Source: Trypanosoma brucei
Lineage: Eukaryota
DNA length: 64,000 bases
Assembly (NCBI GenBank): GCA_000002445.1
Contig: CP000066.1
Span: 1,312,001 to 1,376,000, forward strand
Direction: 5' to 3'
Shown piece after piece: positions 49,248 through 61,561 of the stretch. How positions within the stretch are numbered: the first letter of the stretch is position 1; each line of letters starts with the position of its first letter. Under the pieces are notes generated by a model. The model was not told where the DNA came from. It saw nothing but the letters and a program-made list of their open reading frames with translations, and ran no database searches. Made by a program: the position numbers and the translations under genes.

Positions 49248-50002
49248 TCTTGCTACCCCTTTTCTTCTCGCTGTAAGCTCCACCCCTTCGTGTATTAAGG
49301 TGCCCTGTTCTTCAACGAAAACCCACGCTGTAGCTCTCCCGCTTTCACCTCCGGTTGGTTGTATTCTTTTCTCCTGAGTTGCCCTTAATATCAATGAGCT
49401 GTCGGCCACGGATATTGTCCCTGCCGAACCAACAGCACCGCAAGACAAAAAACAAACAGGACCACGATAACCACACACACAAAAATAAAGGTAAACGAAG
49501 AGAAAATAAAGAAAAATGAGGAAATACAAATGGTGCTATGCGGTAAGGAACAATTCAAATTTTTTAAAAATAAGGGAACCAGAACCAAAGGCTGGAAGCA
49601 CCCCCCTCCACAACGAGTCCGGTTACCGGACCTTTGCGCGGCATGCGGTAAAAAGGCATGTTCCCTAGCCGAAGCACTTAAAATTAGGAAAGGGCGGCAA
49701 GTGAAGGTAACCCCGAAAACCCAAGCGGCATGCCGAAATCTGAGGCTTTGACAATCAATTAACATCGGCTAAAGCTAATAAATAATGGAAAATAATAGTG
49801 GTACCAAACAAACCCAACCGTACCGCTCAAACTGGTTGCCGCTCCACAATCTTCAAACATTTTCTTTTCTTTGACACACTCCCCTTCCACGCACTGTCCC
49901 TTACTACTGGTCTGAGGGATGAGGCTCGAGGTGCCTGCAACGTGGCTTATGCTTTAGAGACGCCAAAACGGTCATCAAGCGAATCTGTTACTTCCTTGTA
50001 GA

Positions 50003-52198
50003 CTAATTAGAAACCCTTTTTCTCTTGTAAAAGTAAAGAGATGCCAAGGCAAAGGGTGGCTGCTTTGACTCCGCCACCTTTTCGTCATTAAACAACAACC
50101 ATTTCCCTGTTTCTTCATCCCGTATATGGCATACATAGTGTCCCGTCTTGGCACTGGCTCCCATGTGACTTATCATGGCGTGCAATCGGTAGCTTGCCGG
50201 TCCATCAACCTCGGGTGCAGTGACATTCCCGCGGGAAACCAATTGACCTTCAGAGCCCTCGGCCCTTGCGATTTCCCCCTCAATGTCGTTGCGGCTGAAC
50301 ACGTAATCAAGTGCCCTCTCCACGTTCATGCCTGTCTGCTGCAGCGCGTATTTTGCAATTTTTTCATCAACACCCATGCTAAGCAGTGTAGCGAGCGCCA
50401 TCTCGTCCACCGGCGTGAGCGCTGCGGAAACCGGCTTGTGTCGCAGTTCCCGCTCATTGGAAGGCATCTCCACTTCACCGCTCTGTAGTCCCTTTCCACG
50501 AAGATACTCCAAGTCAACTTCCTCCGGTACCTCTACAAACACATCCCGCTTCGTCACTGTCATTGTCTCCGCGTCGAAGTGTGCCCGACGGAGGTAAACT
50601 GCGAGAACATCCGGAAACGTCGCCACGCGTACAGTTTCGTTGTAGGTGACCTGGTTCCCGCACGCACTACAGCTGCAGTCTACTTCAATGGTTTTCATCA
50701 AAGATGTTATACAGGCTTCCAGCGAGGTCCGAGGACGACTTGCCTCAATTTCTTCTTCCGTGAGTTTGCGGTTACAAGCAGACCTCCGCTCTGCGGTACC
50801 CAGGGGGATGGGGAGCGAAAGACAACAGTCTGACTCATACGTGTAACGTACCTTGCGGCAAGAGCTACACTCAACACGATTCTCCAACTTCATCTTAAAA
50901 ATATCAACCGGGTGCCGGTTTTGCTTCGCGTCGACACATGAGGGTTTGACGTAGCGGCGCATTTCCTCCAATAGATATAAAAAGTACTCCTGGGCGTCCT
51001 GCTGCTCACTGGTGCTGAATTCGGGATGCCCCTCCGCGAAAACTTGCTTAAACTCACGTGCCGTTATACCGTTGGGCTCATCATTGTCACTTATGGAAAA
51101 TTCACCGGAAAGCAGGCCGCTGGCAACGCGCTCCACCTGGCAACTACGACACTTGTAGGGGTTTTCTCTACAGGCATTCTGGTGCCGTGTGTCGCGGCCG
51201 GCGTAGAACGCCTCTTTAAAGACCTCTAGCGACATTAGACACTGTAAAACGCAGTTCATGTAGCACGTGTTGCCGAAGTTTCGCATCCCGGTTCTTCCAG
51301 GGCCGAAAACTGGAACAAGAGTTTCCCCACTTTCCGTAATCCGGTTGAAGTCAAATTGCGACCAATAATCGTACTGTATCTCTCCGAAAGTTTTTGCAGT
51401 TTTTTTTGATGTTTTCACATCTATGCCGAAGTGCTTCATATGGGCCTCAAAGTGCACATCGGATACTTCATCATCGCAAGAATAACAGTAGAAGTCTGCG
51501 CCTGACGGAGTTATCGTGCCAAGTTTGACCACAACAGGATGCTGCGTGGTGTTGTGGTGTTCCAGTGCATGGCCCCTGCCACCTACTTCAGGTCGCGGGC
51601 AACCAACTGCCCCACATGTCACGCACATCCAATTATCCGTCTGACAACCACAACCCGCAACAACACAAGTCTCCATGTGGCTCGGCGCCGGTGAGAATGG
51701 GCTAGGTTGCTGCTCGAGACATACCAAATGTGGACACTGAGGCCGAGTAAACTGCTCTTCATTTGCGTCTATGGCTCCCTGCGCTCCTGTGGAGGTGGCA
51801 TTCAAGATACTCTGGTAGCATCCCTCAAGCAACTCGGGGGGCGACGAGAACGTGAGTGAGCACAGGGCGCAGCAGATGGCGCTCTCATATTCTTTTGGGA
51901 GTACAACGCCAAGTTTGTTCACATCCCTCGGTGCATCATCCTCCTTCTGGGGACACTCCTTCAGCCATACGTACATCGCATGGTTCGAGCGCAGTGAAAC
52001 GTGCTTCCTCACGTGCACTTCACAGAGGGCGATATGGCAACACATGCACACCAAAACACCTCCATTGTGCATGCATGTCCGGCAGCAGTAAGCGCACTCC
52101 TCCTTGTGAACGGCGGACTGATGATGCGGAGTTGTAACAGCCGATTCATCCCAGCAATGGGCACATGCCTCCTGAGTTATAGAAAAGGGAGGCGGCAT
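50003..52198 (-). CDS. Ubiquitin carboxyl-terminal hydrolase, USP5/isopeptidase-T-like (ZnF-UBP + USP + UBA)
   Basis: 731-aa ORF. Cys box GMRNFGNTCYMNCVLQCL. His box YRLHAMISHMGASAKTGHYVCHIRDEETGKWLLFNDEKV. Upstream Cys/His-rich ZnF-UBP segment (CGCQTDNWMCVTCGAVGC). UBA-like DEMALATLLSMGVDEKIAKYALQQTGMNVERALDYVF. Confidence 0.85.
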   Translation of the reverse strand: MPPPFSITQEACAHCWDESAVTTPHHQSAVHKEECAYCCRTCMHNGGVLVCMCCHIALCEVHVRKHVSLRSNHAMYVWLKECPQKEDDAPRDVNKLGVVLPKEYESAICCALCSLTFSSPPELLEGCYQSILNATSTGAQGAIDANEEQFTRPQCPHLVCLEQQPSPFSPAPSHMETCVVAGCGCQTDNWMCVTCGAVGCPRPEVGGRGHALEHHNTTQHPVVVKLGTITPSGADFYCYSCDDEVSDVHFEAHMKHFGIDVKTSKKTAKTFGEIQYDYWSQFDFNRITESGETLVPVFGPGRTGMRNFGNTCYMNCVLQCLMSLEVFKEAFYAGRDTRHQNACRENPYKCRSCQVERVASGLLSGEFSISDNDEPNGITAREFKQVFAEGHPEFSTSEQQDAQEYFLYLLEEMRRYVKPSCVDAKQNRHPVDIFKMKLENRVECSSCRKVRYTYESDCCLSLPIPLGTAERRSACNRKLTEEEIEASRPRTSLEACITSLMKTIEVDCSCSACGNQVTYNETVRVATFPDVLAVYLRRAHFDAETMTVTKRDVFVEVPEEVDLEYLRGKGLQSGEVEMPSNERELRHKPVSAALTPVDEMALATLLSMGVDEKIAKYALQQTGMNVERALDYVFSRNDIEGEIARAEGSEGQLVSRGNVTAPEVDGPASYRLHAMISHMGASAKTGHYVCHIRDEETGKWLLFNDEKVAESKQPPFALASLYFYKRKRVSN

Positions 52199-53571
52199 TA
52201 CCGCTTTGCGCGAGTTACTTTCAATACTTCACCCCACTCACCCCTGTTCTACTGGCTTCTCCTAGCCACACCTTTTCCTTGCACAAAACTTACTGTATCT
52301 CAAGAGAATGAGGGCGGTATCGCAGATATTACGCAGGATACACATGTTAGTTGATATAGCTCATTTGGCAAAATCAGGACCAATGGCGAACGTAACATGC
52401 ATGCGTTGCCTTTCACAGATAAACCAGCAGCACACCCGATGCGGCACAACCATACAGGGATCTAGAAGCTGGAAAAATTAGAACCTAACGCCGGTTGGGC
52501 GAACAGCTCACATCTACACAGGTATGCGTACCCGAAGGCTTATGGCCCTCACCCCTATACAGAGTAATAATAAAACGGCAAGAAATATCGTACAACGCTG
52601 CACGTCATGTCACCGCTGGTAGGTTGGAAGAGGCCCAGACACACCACTGGGGCGGTGGTGAGGGAGAGAGAACCTGTACCGTTCCCGTGGTTAGTAAACA
52701 TTTTCGGTCTTGTGTGACGCATGGTGCGGAAGAAAAAAAGGAGAGGACCGATGGTGTTCGCCGCAGCTGAGCCGCTCCACCGCCCATGCGGATGCATGGG
52801 ACACACAACTGGAACAGAAATGTCAGCTTAAGTCAGACTCTTGAATAACTGCAATTAAGACACACCATCGTGCGTCTTAAAATAGAGGCCACTGGCTCCT
52901 CAGACAGTTCGACATGAGAACACTTCAAGACTGACATCAGACGCGCACGACCCTCTTCTACCGGCGTCTGTGTCCATATTAATGGCCAAACCATCCGCGG
53001 CCGTTGCAGTGACACGGACGAGGTGATCATGCACCCACTTGCATCCACGCGCGAAAACCCAACTATATGATCTTCCACGCGATCCCGCCTCAAATTTTTC
53101 TACAGCACTCCTTTCCATGGATATCTCCCGATTTGCTTATCATGAGAGTTAGGTGCTTTTTCTCCAGTAGATATGCTGCGGATTCCCCGCGTGGTGGTCT
53201 CAGACACGCATCGTACGCCACTTGCCAGCCGTTTAAGCTGTTGTTTAAACAAGTGGTGCACCCAAATACCAAAAAAAAAAAAAAGAGAGGAACTAATAAA
53301 GTTCGAGCGACAAGAATTGAGCACTTTGGGATGGGATGGTGACAATCGCATCAGGTGTAAAGCATACGGTCCTGTGTCCGCAGTTTTCATCGTTACGCCT
53401 ACTAAAACTCAAAAGAGAAGAGGCGTTTCTCTAGCGCTAAACCACTGATGGGGGAAAACACAGCTCGTGCCCTCATTGCTCGTTTTAGCGCTGAAGCCCC
53501 TCTCCAATATTATACGTCCCTTGTTCCATAACCAAATAGCTACGGTTTAGGACACCGCCAAACCTACTAGC

Positions 53572-54375
53572 CTACGAATTGGTGAAGAACGGTTTCCTTT
53601 TCTCCAGGAAGGCACGCATACCTTCCTTTTGGTCAGCTGTGGCAAATGTAGCCTGGAATATCCGTCGCTCGTAATTTAGGCCCTCGCTCAGTGTTGCTTC
53701 AAACCCCCTATTGACACAATCTTTCGCAAGGGAAGTTATTAAGCAGCTGTTCAACGTAATTTTTTCAGCGACTGACATAGTTGCCGTGGTAAGTTCCTCA
53801 TGCTTCACAACACGGGAAACCAAACCAGCGCGCTCCGCCTCTTCTGCAGTATACTGTTGTCCCGTCAGCACCCATTCCATCGCTTTACTTTTACCAATTA
53901 GCCGCGCAAGCCGTTGTGTACCGCCAGCGCCCGGAATTGTTCCAATTTTAACTTCGGGTTGTCCGAAGGTCGCCTTTTCGCTGGCTACAACGATATCGCA
54001 AGACATGACAAGTTCACATCCACCGCCCAAAGCGAAACCGTTGACTGCGGCAATAACTGGTTTCTTAGCATTAGCTACAGTGTCGATACCGCGAAGCATG
54101 TCGTCCTTATAAAAGTCAACAAAACTTTTACTTGACATTGCCTTCACATCAGCACCGGCACAGAAGGCTTTACCCTCACCGGTAATGATGATGACCGACA
54201 CCGACGGATCCGCATCGTACTTCGACACGCTTTCAGCTAGCGCGCATAACAAATCCTTGTTAAGTGCATTAAGTTGAGCAGGTCTGTTAAGTGTCAGCGT
54301 CAACACAGCTCCTCTCTGAGAGCACTTAACGACAGCCTCCGTTGCAGAACGTAAAAGTGCACAGGAGCGTAACAT
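53572..54375 (-). CDS. Enoyl-CoA hydratase (crotonase family), mitochondrial
   Basis: 267-aa ORF. Presequence-like MLRSCALLRSATEAV. Crotonase motifs GEGKAFCAGADVKAM and GGGCELVMSCDIVVASEKATFGQPEVKIGTIPGAGGTQRL. Confidence 0.9.
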   Translation of the reverse strand: MLRSCALLRSATEAVVKCSQRGAVLTLTLNRPAQLNALNKDLLCALAESVSKYDADPSVSVIIITGEGKAFCAGADVKAMSSKSFVDFYKDDMLRGIDTVANAKKPVIAAVNGFALGGGCELVMSCDIVVASEKATFGQPEVKIGTIPGAGGTQRLARLIGKSKAMEWVLTGQQYTAEEAERAGLVSRVVKHEELTTATMSVAEKITLNSCLITSLAKDCVNRGFEATLSEGLNYERRIFQATFATADQKEGMRAFLEKRKPFFTNS

Positions 54376-56288
54376 TTAATCCATACAGATACACACCTAA
54401 ACACTTTTAGTAGGTAGCAGGGCAACTTCAAAGAGTTAAGCACAAATAATATCCTATTTTATCGCAAGTAAGCGCATGTTCACGGCGGACCGGCTCTTGC
54501 CACACATGTGATGCAAAGCCTCTTCAACATAGGGAACAAAGACATTTCCCCTACCGCTACGTCCCCACCGCACTCAAATTGTCACAGAAACTGGCAAATA
54601 CATAGGCAATAGTCAAAGGGGGGAAAGATGGTGCCTATCGTAGGTCCCACGCAGCTATGCTTTCATGGGACCATTGGAAAAGGGGCTGACCGTTGTCACC
54701 ATCCACAAATCATGTGAAAGGAGGCGACAGACTATGTTGATATACCACAGTGCAAAGGGGGACTTGGCTCCGCCTTGTGCGGCAGCCGATAAAGAGTGGG
54801 AGCGCTTCTCCACAGATAGCGAACCACGAGAGCGCATATTCACCTCGTGAACTAAATCTTTCGTCTCGTAAGCTCCCCTTCTTTGTTACCCTGTGCGGCT
54901 CGGATAAGAGTTGTTACTGCCCTCCACTTACGTTTCCCTCCCGCACTGTGATACAGGTTGGAAAAAATTGACTCTGCCACAAGTGCGGTCAAAAAAACTG
55001 GCTTGAGGAACCCACATGCAGATATCGATCCACTAAAGGACCGTGCAGCCCCCCTGCGTTAAAGCCACGGTCTGCACGTCTCCACTGGACCGGCCTATGG
55101 CGCATGACCCAACTACGGAAAAGCAAAAGAAAAAATTGGCCAACTATCGAGAAACGAGCTCTTCCACATGCCCGCAGCGGGTCTACAACTCCACTACTTG
55201 TGGAAGGATCCTTTCCAGAGTGGAATCACATGCATATTGCCTAGTTGTTGCGGAAGCGCCGCGTCAGTACTCCAATCCCAACTCGTCAAAAACAAAGCGT
55301 ACGCACACCCACGAGCCCTTCGCCCCCATGAAGGCAAAATGGGCAAAACCACTATCGTTAGTTAGGTACCTGTGGTCCGTTTTCACCGTGCATCAACCTG
55401 TCAAACAATTGCAATGGGGCGAATTCCTGAAACCACCTTATGCTGAACAGTAGGTGACAGAGTTTTTTTGTCTGCAGCATCAAGTCGACGACAGGATACC
55501 AGCGGCCGTACAAAGTAGACATACTGCCGCTCTGAGTAAACACAGGCAAGCTTCTTTGACAGGGACACATCCAACAACCAATGGCATAGGGAAAAACGTA
55601 CCTCAATTCTCCCCATCTCTACGGCATTTTACGGTGATCCAACCAATCTAAGGTGTCGGGGAGAAGCTTAGAAGGCGCGAATAATAGTTTAGTAGTGAAG
55701 CCGTCGATGTTCACGTTGCGTCGCCAAACTGGAACAGCCGTCCACCAACACCGTAACAATTAAAAAAAAAGCAGTGAAAGTAGGCGTTTCGTCCTAATTT
55801 CCCACTACCTTACAGCAGTGCAAGAAGGGAAAAGGTGCCAGCACTGGCACAGAGTGGCACTTAGAAAATGTCCGCTGGCCCTTCCCTATGGCCGTTCACC
55901 TCTAACCTGATACGCTGCCAAGAACTAAAACATACAACCGCAAACCAAATTCTCTTATGGTACAGACAGTTGCTCGGGCCAACCACGTTGCCCTGGTTTT
56001 ATGTGTGCCCAGACATTTGCTATTGAAGTCAACGCAGAAGTGAAGCAAAGGAGCTTTGTAAGCTACAAAAGTGTGACACCTTACGGTCGATTATCTACGG
56101 TTCCATCAAAGTATGTAGCATATATAAGCATGGAAAGAAATAGGGTAATAGGCGTGCTTTGTGCCTGTCACCCATCCGTACGTCTTTGTGTGCGTAAGTA
56201 TATATTTTAAAAAAAATTGTGCCAGTACAAAAATAACAGGACAGCACACCCTTTAATATAAAGTGTACAAACATACAAACTTCATATA

Positions 56289-57473
56289 CTACAGAACACC
56301 TAGCATTTCCAATTTTATGTTCACTTCCTTTGCGACGTCTTCTTGGCTGCGCTTCAGGTCCTCTGTTTTCTTTGCATCATTGTTGATAAGGTGAGTCATA
56401 TGCTCTACGGCCATTTTGACATTTTTAACGGCCAGTTCTTCAGTACAGCCTTCAAAGAAGGGGTGTTTCAATAACTCGGCGGCTGATGGTCGTTCCTGTG
56501 GATCCCGAACGAGACATTTCTTGATGAAATCTCGGGCTTCTTCAGAGTACACCGGCTTTTCCGGTAAGGATGGGGTAGTTTCACCCGCTATTTTCCCTAG
56601 CAGCTGGAACAAGTTCATCTCATCTGGGGGAGCCCACGGGTTCTTCCCCGTCACCGTGGCGATCACTGTAAGACCCAGAGACCATATATCACTACTGAAG
56701 CTGTAAACGGTTTGCTCCAGGCGTTCGGGGGCCATAAAATACATTGTCCCTACGTAGGTTGAAGATACATCAAGCGTTTGCACCAGCTTCGAAACCCCAA
56801 AGTCACTAATCTTAACATATCCGTCGTCACGAATAAGCAGATTGCTTGGTTTTAGATCCCTATGAATAACGCGCTTTGTGTCATGGAGGTATACGAGACC
56901 AGATACAACCTGAAAAAAAATATCTCGCAATATGGTTTCCTCTATGCCCTCCCAGAAGTAGCTCATATCCTTTAGGGTGTAAGCCATCCACTCCATGGGT
57001 ATCACAATGGCACCTTCCTCCGAATCCCAAAACGCCCCCAGATTCTTCATGACAAAGGGGGAGTTGGACTGTGAACTGAAGAAGGATAATTCCCGATCTA
57101 CTTCATCTCGGTGTAACTTTGATGTTATTGGTATGTGCTTCAGCGCAACGGGGGTTCCGTCTTTAAGCCTCGCGAATCGAACGGTGCCGCTTGCGCCCCG
57201 GCCAATAATTCTGCGTGATGTGCAATCGATATCTTCTTTCGTCACACTCCCAAGTATTTTCCTCCCATCTGTAGTAAACATACCCGACTCATTAAGCAAG
57301 AATGCCCGCAACTGAAGGCAGTTATTATTCTTTATTTGATACGATTGCAAGTCATGCTGGGTTTTTTCCACTGCCACAAGATCTAACGCAATCCCCTTCC
57401 TTTTCATTTGGATTGGAATCCGTTCAGAGACACGCGCTGCGTAGTACGAGTTGGGCGCGCCAAGAGCAATCAA
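56289..57473 (-). CDS. MKK1: MAP kinase kinase (STE7 family)
   Basis: 394-aa ORF. IGRGASGTVRFARLKDGTPVALKHI, HRDLKPSNLLI, DFGVSK. The activation loop LVQTLDVSSTYVGTMYFMAPERL carries the MAP2K S-x3-S/T pattern. The symbol MKK1 rests on recalled chromosome-3 gene order (Tb927.3.4860) and is uncertain. Confidence 0.75.
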   Translation of the reverse strand: MIALGAPNSYYAARVSERIPIQMKRKGIALDLVAVEKTQHDLQSYQIKNNNCLQLRAFLLNESGMFTTDGRKILGSVTKEDIDCTSRRIIGRGASGTVRFARLKDGTPVALKHIPITSKLHRDEVDRELSFFSSQSNSPFVMKNLGAFWDSEEGAIVIPMEWMAYTLKDMSYFWEGIEETILRDIFFQVVSGLVYLHDTKRVIHRDLKPSNLLIRDDGYVKISDFGVSKLVQTLDVSSTYVGTMYFMAPERLEQTVYSFSSDIWSLGLTVIATVTGKNPWAPPDEMNLFQLLGKIAGETTPSLPEKPVYSEEARDFIKKCLVRDPQERPSAAELLKHPFFEGCTEELAVKNVKMAVEHMTHLINNDAKKTEDLKRSQEDVAKEVNIKLEMLGVL

Positions 57474-57723
57474 CAGAGGGTTATTTTTACGACCTTACAC
57501 TAGTTTTTTTTGTTCAGAAAGAAAGTGGGTATGCCAGTTATGTAAGTCCGAAGTCTCTGAATATACAAAAAAAAACAGTATGTGCATAGATAAGGTGGAG
57601 ATTTTATTCATTTCACAATTACAAAAAAAACCATTAGAACTATGAAGAACTTAATGTGTGTAGACAGAACAGAAAAGTCGAGGGGGTGTGTAACAATATG
57701 TATACGTTAGGTAGGAAATTCTC

Positions 57724-58695
57724 CTACCATTGATCTTTAGGCGAAGGTATGGTATCGACGTGACCCTCGCCACTGCTGTAACCACCGTCCAACCCGAGGA
57801 AAACACTATCTCCCTGCGTGCCAGCGGTTGAAGCACACACCGCTGGATGCTTGTCTGACCTTTCGGTGGCTGAAGATCTTTTGTGAGTCTCGTTCACAGG
57901 TGCGGCCCAGTGCAGATGCTTGGACCGGCCACAAGTGGCACAAAGAGGCCTCCCCCATTGAGGTCTGAAACTACCACACACAACACCAATGTTATTTCTC
58001 TTTGGTGTCGCTTTCATTTTTTCTGCTTCCTGCCTAAAGCGGGAGACGGCGCTGTTCACAGCATCGAACGGTACACGTTGTTGACAGGAGGTCCGCGCGG
58101 CAAGCGCTGACGATGCGGACTCCACCGGGTTGTTGCGATGGCTACGTTCTCTTACCTGCTTCTTGGGCGTCCCGTCCCGAGATCCAGGGGCAGAATGGGG
58201 TCCGACACAATGGTCCACGTGATCTCGGCTGCCACGACGAGCCATCGACGATCTGTTCTGCACTCCGCTGTACGAAACCGCCCGCCTCAAACTTTTTACA
58301 GGCGGTGCAGCCTTCTCTCCAAACTTGATAACTTTGGGAGAAGGTAATGGACAGACCGTATGATGTAAGGAAGGCGTGATATCATTTACTCGATTTTTAC
58401 ATCGTGCAGTAAATGGCAGACCTTTGTTGCTAGTTTGTAAGGCCATAGGTCGTGGCCGAATGACCAAAGTGCCTTCATTTTTTCCTTGAAAAACGTTATG
58501 AAGTAGGAACCTGTTGGAGAGTACAGCGTCTTGATATTCTGCTTGAATCTCCGAAGGTTTCAAATTTCGCACTCGCAAAAATTCGGGTACTTTTAAAAGG
58601 ACATCAGATACGTCGGATGTTTCGTCCACTACAAGTTTAACCGCTTCATCATCGGTATGATGTGGTTCTCGCAACCACACTTTGACTACTCCCAT
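57724..58695 (-). CDS. Hypothetical protein (track ORF 57724..58788 trimmed to Met after the G/C homopolymer)
   Basis: The track ORF begins MGGGG within a C14 (plus-strand) homopolymer at 58775..58790. The next Met gives MGVVKVWLREPHHTDDEAVKLVVDETSDVSDVLLKVPEFL. A basic, Ser-rich C-terminal half follows. No family recognised. Confidence 0.4.
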   Translation of the reverse strand: MGVVKVWLREPHHTDDEAVKLVVDETSDVSDVLLKVPEFLRVRNLKPSEIQAEYQDAVLSNRFLLHNVFQGKNEGTLVIRPRPMALQTSNKGLPFTARCKNRVNDITPSLHHTVCPLPSPKVIKFGEKAAPPVKSLRRAVSYSGVQNRSSMARRGSRDHVDHCVGPHSAPGSRDGTPKKQVRERSHRNNPVESASSALAARTSCQQRVPFDAVNSAVSRFRQEAEKMKATPKRNNIGVVCGSFRPQWGRPLCATCGRSKHLHWAAPVNETHKRSSATERSDKHPAVCASTAGTQGDSVFLGLDGGYSSGEGHVDTIPSPKDQW

Positions 58696-60190
58696 TGTCG
58701 GTGTCGAAACTGCGAAGAAGGGGAAAAGGCGCGCCACAATAAATTTGAGTTGACTGAGCAGCATGCAACTACTCCCCCCCCCCCCCAAGATGCGGGGGTA
58801 TGCTCATCAAGAGGAGAGGTGGTGCAACAAGGCTATAAATGAAGGTGGATGACAATGATTTTTCTCCACGGCGAAGAGAAAGCTTGTATTAAAGAAAAAT
58901 TCTTTTGAAATTACAGACCCCTTCAATAAAACATTAATTTGCCGACTCCAGACACTCTTACAAAGGGGGGGGGACACGTGTAATGCTAAGGGATCAGATA
59001 TCGTGGGTACCTTACAGACGCACAGCCTCTTCATCCAATAAACCAATAACCATCCTCAACCACCTCAACACACAGTGCGACCGGAGTAGTGTTCCTCAGA
59101 AGCGTCGACACTTCACATATTTCTCCGCACAGCCACCCCAATATTAGGACTTCATTCTGTGTTTACTGCGGCAGTTCATCGCATGCCAGACGGGAATACC
59201 ACCACATATTCACATACTGTTACAACAAATCATTGATCCGTGCCCATGCTACATAATAATATATAAGAAAACTAGTTTGCTTCCCGTTAGTACGCACCTC
59301 CAAGCAAACGTTCAAAAAGAACGAAAACATTGGTCCATCTCCAACGCATTAGAGGAACAGATGAGGGCTTCGTATTGCCCTTCTGATTTCACAACCTTCT
59401 CATGGGAGAAATGCCGCGAGCTGTTGCCGGTCTCCTCAGATAAAAATACACAGATGTCGTTGATACTCCCCTCCTCAGCCCGAATTGTACGTTATAATAT
59501 GATTACCTATATAAGTGCCTAATGGTTACCGTAATTTGGGTGACAAACGCCATGAATCCTGTTACCGATGGACGCGTTGTAGTTAAACTCGAAAAAAAAA
59601 AACACTCACCAGAAGTATCCAAAATATTAAACACGATCACCATCGACATGTGGATCGCATCTTCATCCTTGTCAGGTCCCCCCAAACAAGCTCACAGATC
59701 CTGCGGTACTATAATTGTCTGAGTCGCGCTGATTTCTGCTGTTTTGGTATTACCGCGGTGAGGCCATCTCATAGTGTATCGCGCTTACAAGAGCGTTCCT
59801 TTGACACCCCGCTACTTTTTAAGCTGCCCCACGTGCCATCATGTCAAACTGTTTGACCGACGAGATTGTGCAGGCATTAGGACAAAAGAAATATAAAATG
59901 AACACAGGAACGGTGATTGTCGTTGCCAGCAGTAGTCTATCAAAAATAATAAAAGGCACGAGGAGACGTAGACAATCAGCGAAGAAATTGCAGGTGTATT
60001 TGAACTGAAACTCTGCTGAGGACTCATATGACTCCCTATCTTTCACGCAAGACATTAGCGGCCAAAGAGTTTCGCATGTTTTCTTATATTTACTCCTTAC
60101 GTTTTAGTATCACTCGTTCCCTCACCAAATAAGACTCAATGGAGTTTACCCGCTTCAACTATGCTAGTGTTTCATTCAGCCTTCACCATC

Positions 60191-60745
60191 TTATTCAAAG
60201 GCTAGAAGAGGGTTTTGGAACAGTTCATCAAATTCTGTCAGCGCGCGCTCGAGGAACTCTATGTCCTTGCACTCCGGAGAAAAAAACCTGAAGAGAGAAT
60301 CGGTTCGAGCCTTCTCGGTTCCAGGTTTCCATAGTATGGGTTGCAGAGAAAGTGTATTTACACTGGGATCAAGCTCACGGGAGAAGGTTCCCTCTTTCAC
60401 AAACATGTTCGGGCGAAAAGTCACCGACACGCAACGGCAGATAGACCCGTCCCTAACACTTGTCTTCACTCTAAAGTCTGTCAGAGCCCGTACAATTTTT
60501 GGATCAATTGTACCATTTAGTAACCCCATAAGGGGAGATTCCACTGCCACAAATGCACTGCCCCAAAACCCTTCTATTTTTTCCAGCTCGAGGTGCCGTT
60601 TATCGAAAAGTGGTTCAATCTTTGACCGGAAATCAATGCGCACTTGATTTGTAAATTCTTCGATTTCCTTTTCCACAGCTGTCACTTTCTCATTGCATTG
60701 AGTAACCGCATTAAGAACGTCCACCGGTATGGAGCTCATCTTCAC
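60191..60745 (-). CDS. Nucleosome assembly protein (NAP/SET family)
   Basis: 184-aa ORF. EPLFDKRHLELEKIEGFWGSAFVAVESP matches the SET/NAP pattern ([26 protein letters not shown]). ILWKPGTEK matches IKWKSGKD. SLFRFFSPE matches ESFFTWF. Compact NAP domain length. Confidence 0.7.
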   Translation of the reverse strand: MKMSSIPVDVLNAVTQCNEKVTAVEKEIEEFTNQVRIDFRSKIEPLFDKRHLELEKIEGFWGSAFVAVESPLMGLLNGTIDPKIVRALTDFRVKTSVRDGSICRCVSVTFRPNMFVKEGTFSRELDPSVNTLSLQPILWKPGTEKARTDSLFRFFSPECKDIEFLERALTEFDELFQNPLLAFE

Positions 60746-60946
60746 TTGTTGTGTTCTATATGACGCAATTGAGTTTCAAACGCAGAAGTCCACCAGGACG
60801 AAGAACAGGAAACAGCGAAGTAGAAGGAAGACAAAAAGTAATACGTCAAGTAGCAAAAGAAAATAATAAATTGACCACCACAAGTTCAGTAACCCTGAAC
60901 CTGCTCCAAAGGGGGGGGATCCGAGTGCAAAGATGTTACAAGCATT

Positions 60947-61561
60947 TCAAATCCTTTTCGCTAAAGCCACACCCAGAGAACACATTATACGAATGCCATT
61001 GTACAAAAGTGGGTACGCTGGTGCATTTTCTGCGCCATTTTGCTCCCCGAGCTCCTGGTGATGCAGTTCTTCATCCCTGAACCGAGCAACATACTCCATG
61101 ACTTCTGCCCAGTCCTTTTCATCCTTGCCTTTCGAAGCACCTTCCGACTCCTCGAGGGATTGTAGCTCCCTAAGCTGATCATTATAGTGCTGTGCTATTG
61201 TGACTTCAACAGCAGCATGGCAACACATTACTGCATCCTTTCCCAGAAGAGCGGTGCAACTACCCATCACAAAGGCGCCCACGTGAAACAGTGGATCTAG
61301 TAACGTCAAGCGCACCGAATGCTTACGAGCTAGGTGACCCATAACCTCTTCGTGAACGAGCTCATCCCTCAGTATCTCCTTGACAACTGGCACGCCACTA
61401 TCGAGGGGGGACATCCATAGCAACTGATACTTGCATATGCGCACCGCAGCCACTTCCCCAGCCTGGTCAACGCGCACAGCTTCATCGAGCTTTTGCCGCT
61501 TCGCCGCGCTTCTGAAAACACGAGCTGGGTTCTGAAGGTTAACCACCGATCTGCGTAACAT
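60947..61561 (-). CDS. COQ7: Ubiquinone biosynthesis protein COQ7 (5-demethoxyubiquinone hydroxylase)
   Basis: 204-aa ORF. [14 protein letters not shown] matches COQ7 (IRVDHAGEYGANRI). [34 protein letters not shown] matches [44 protein letters not shown] matches FRDEELEHHD. APAYPLL matches APAYAVL. The di-iron E-x-x-H ligands are present. Confidence 0.9.
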   Translation of the reverse strand: [204 protein letters not shown]

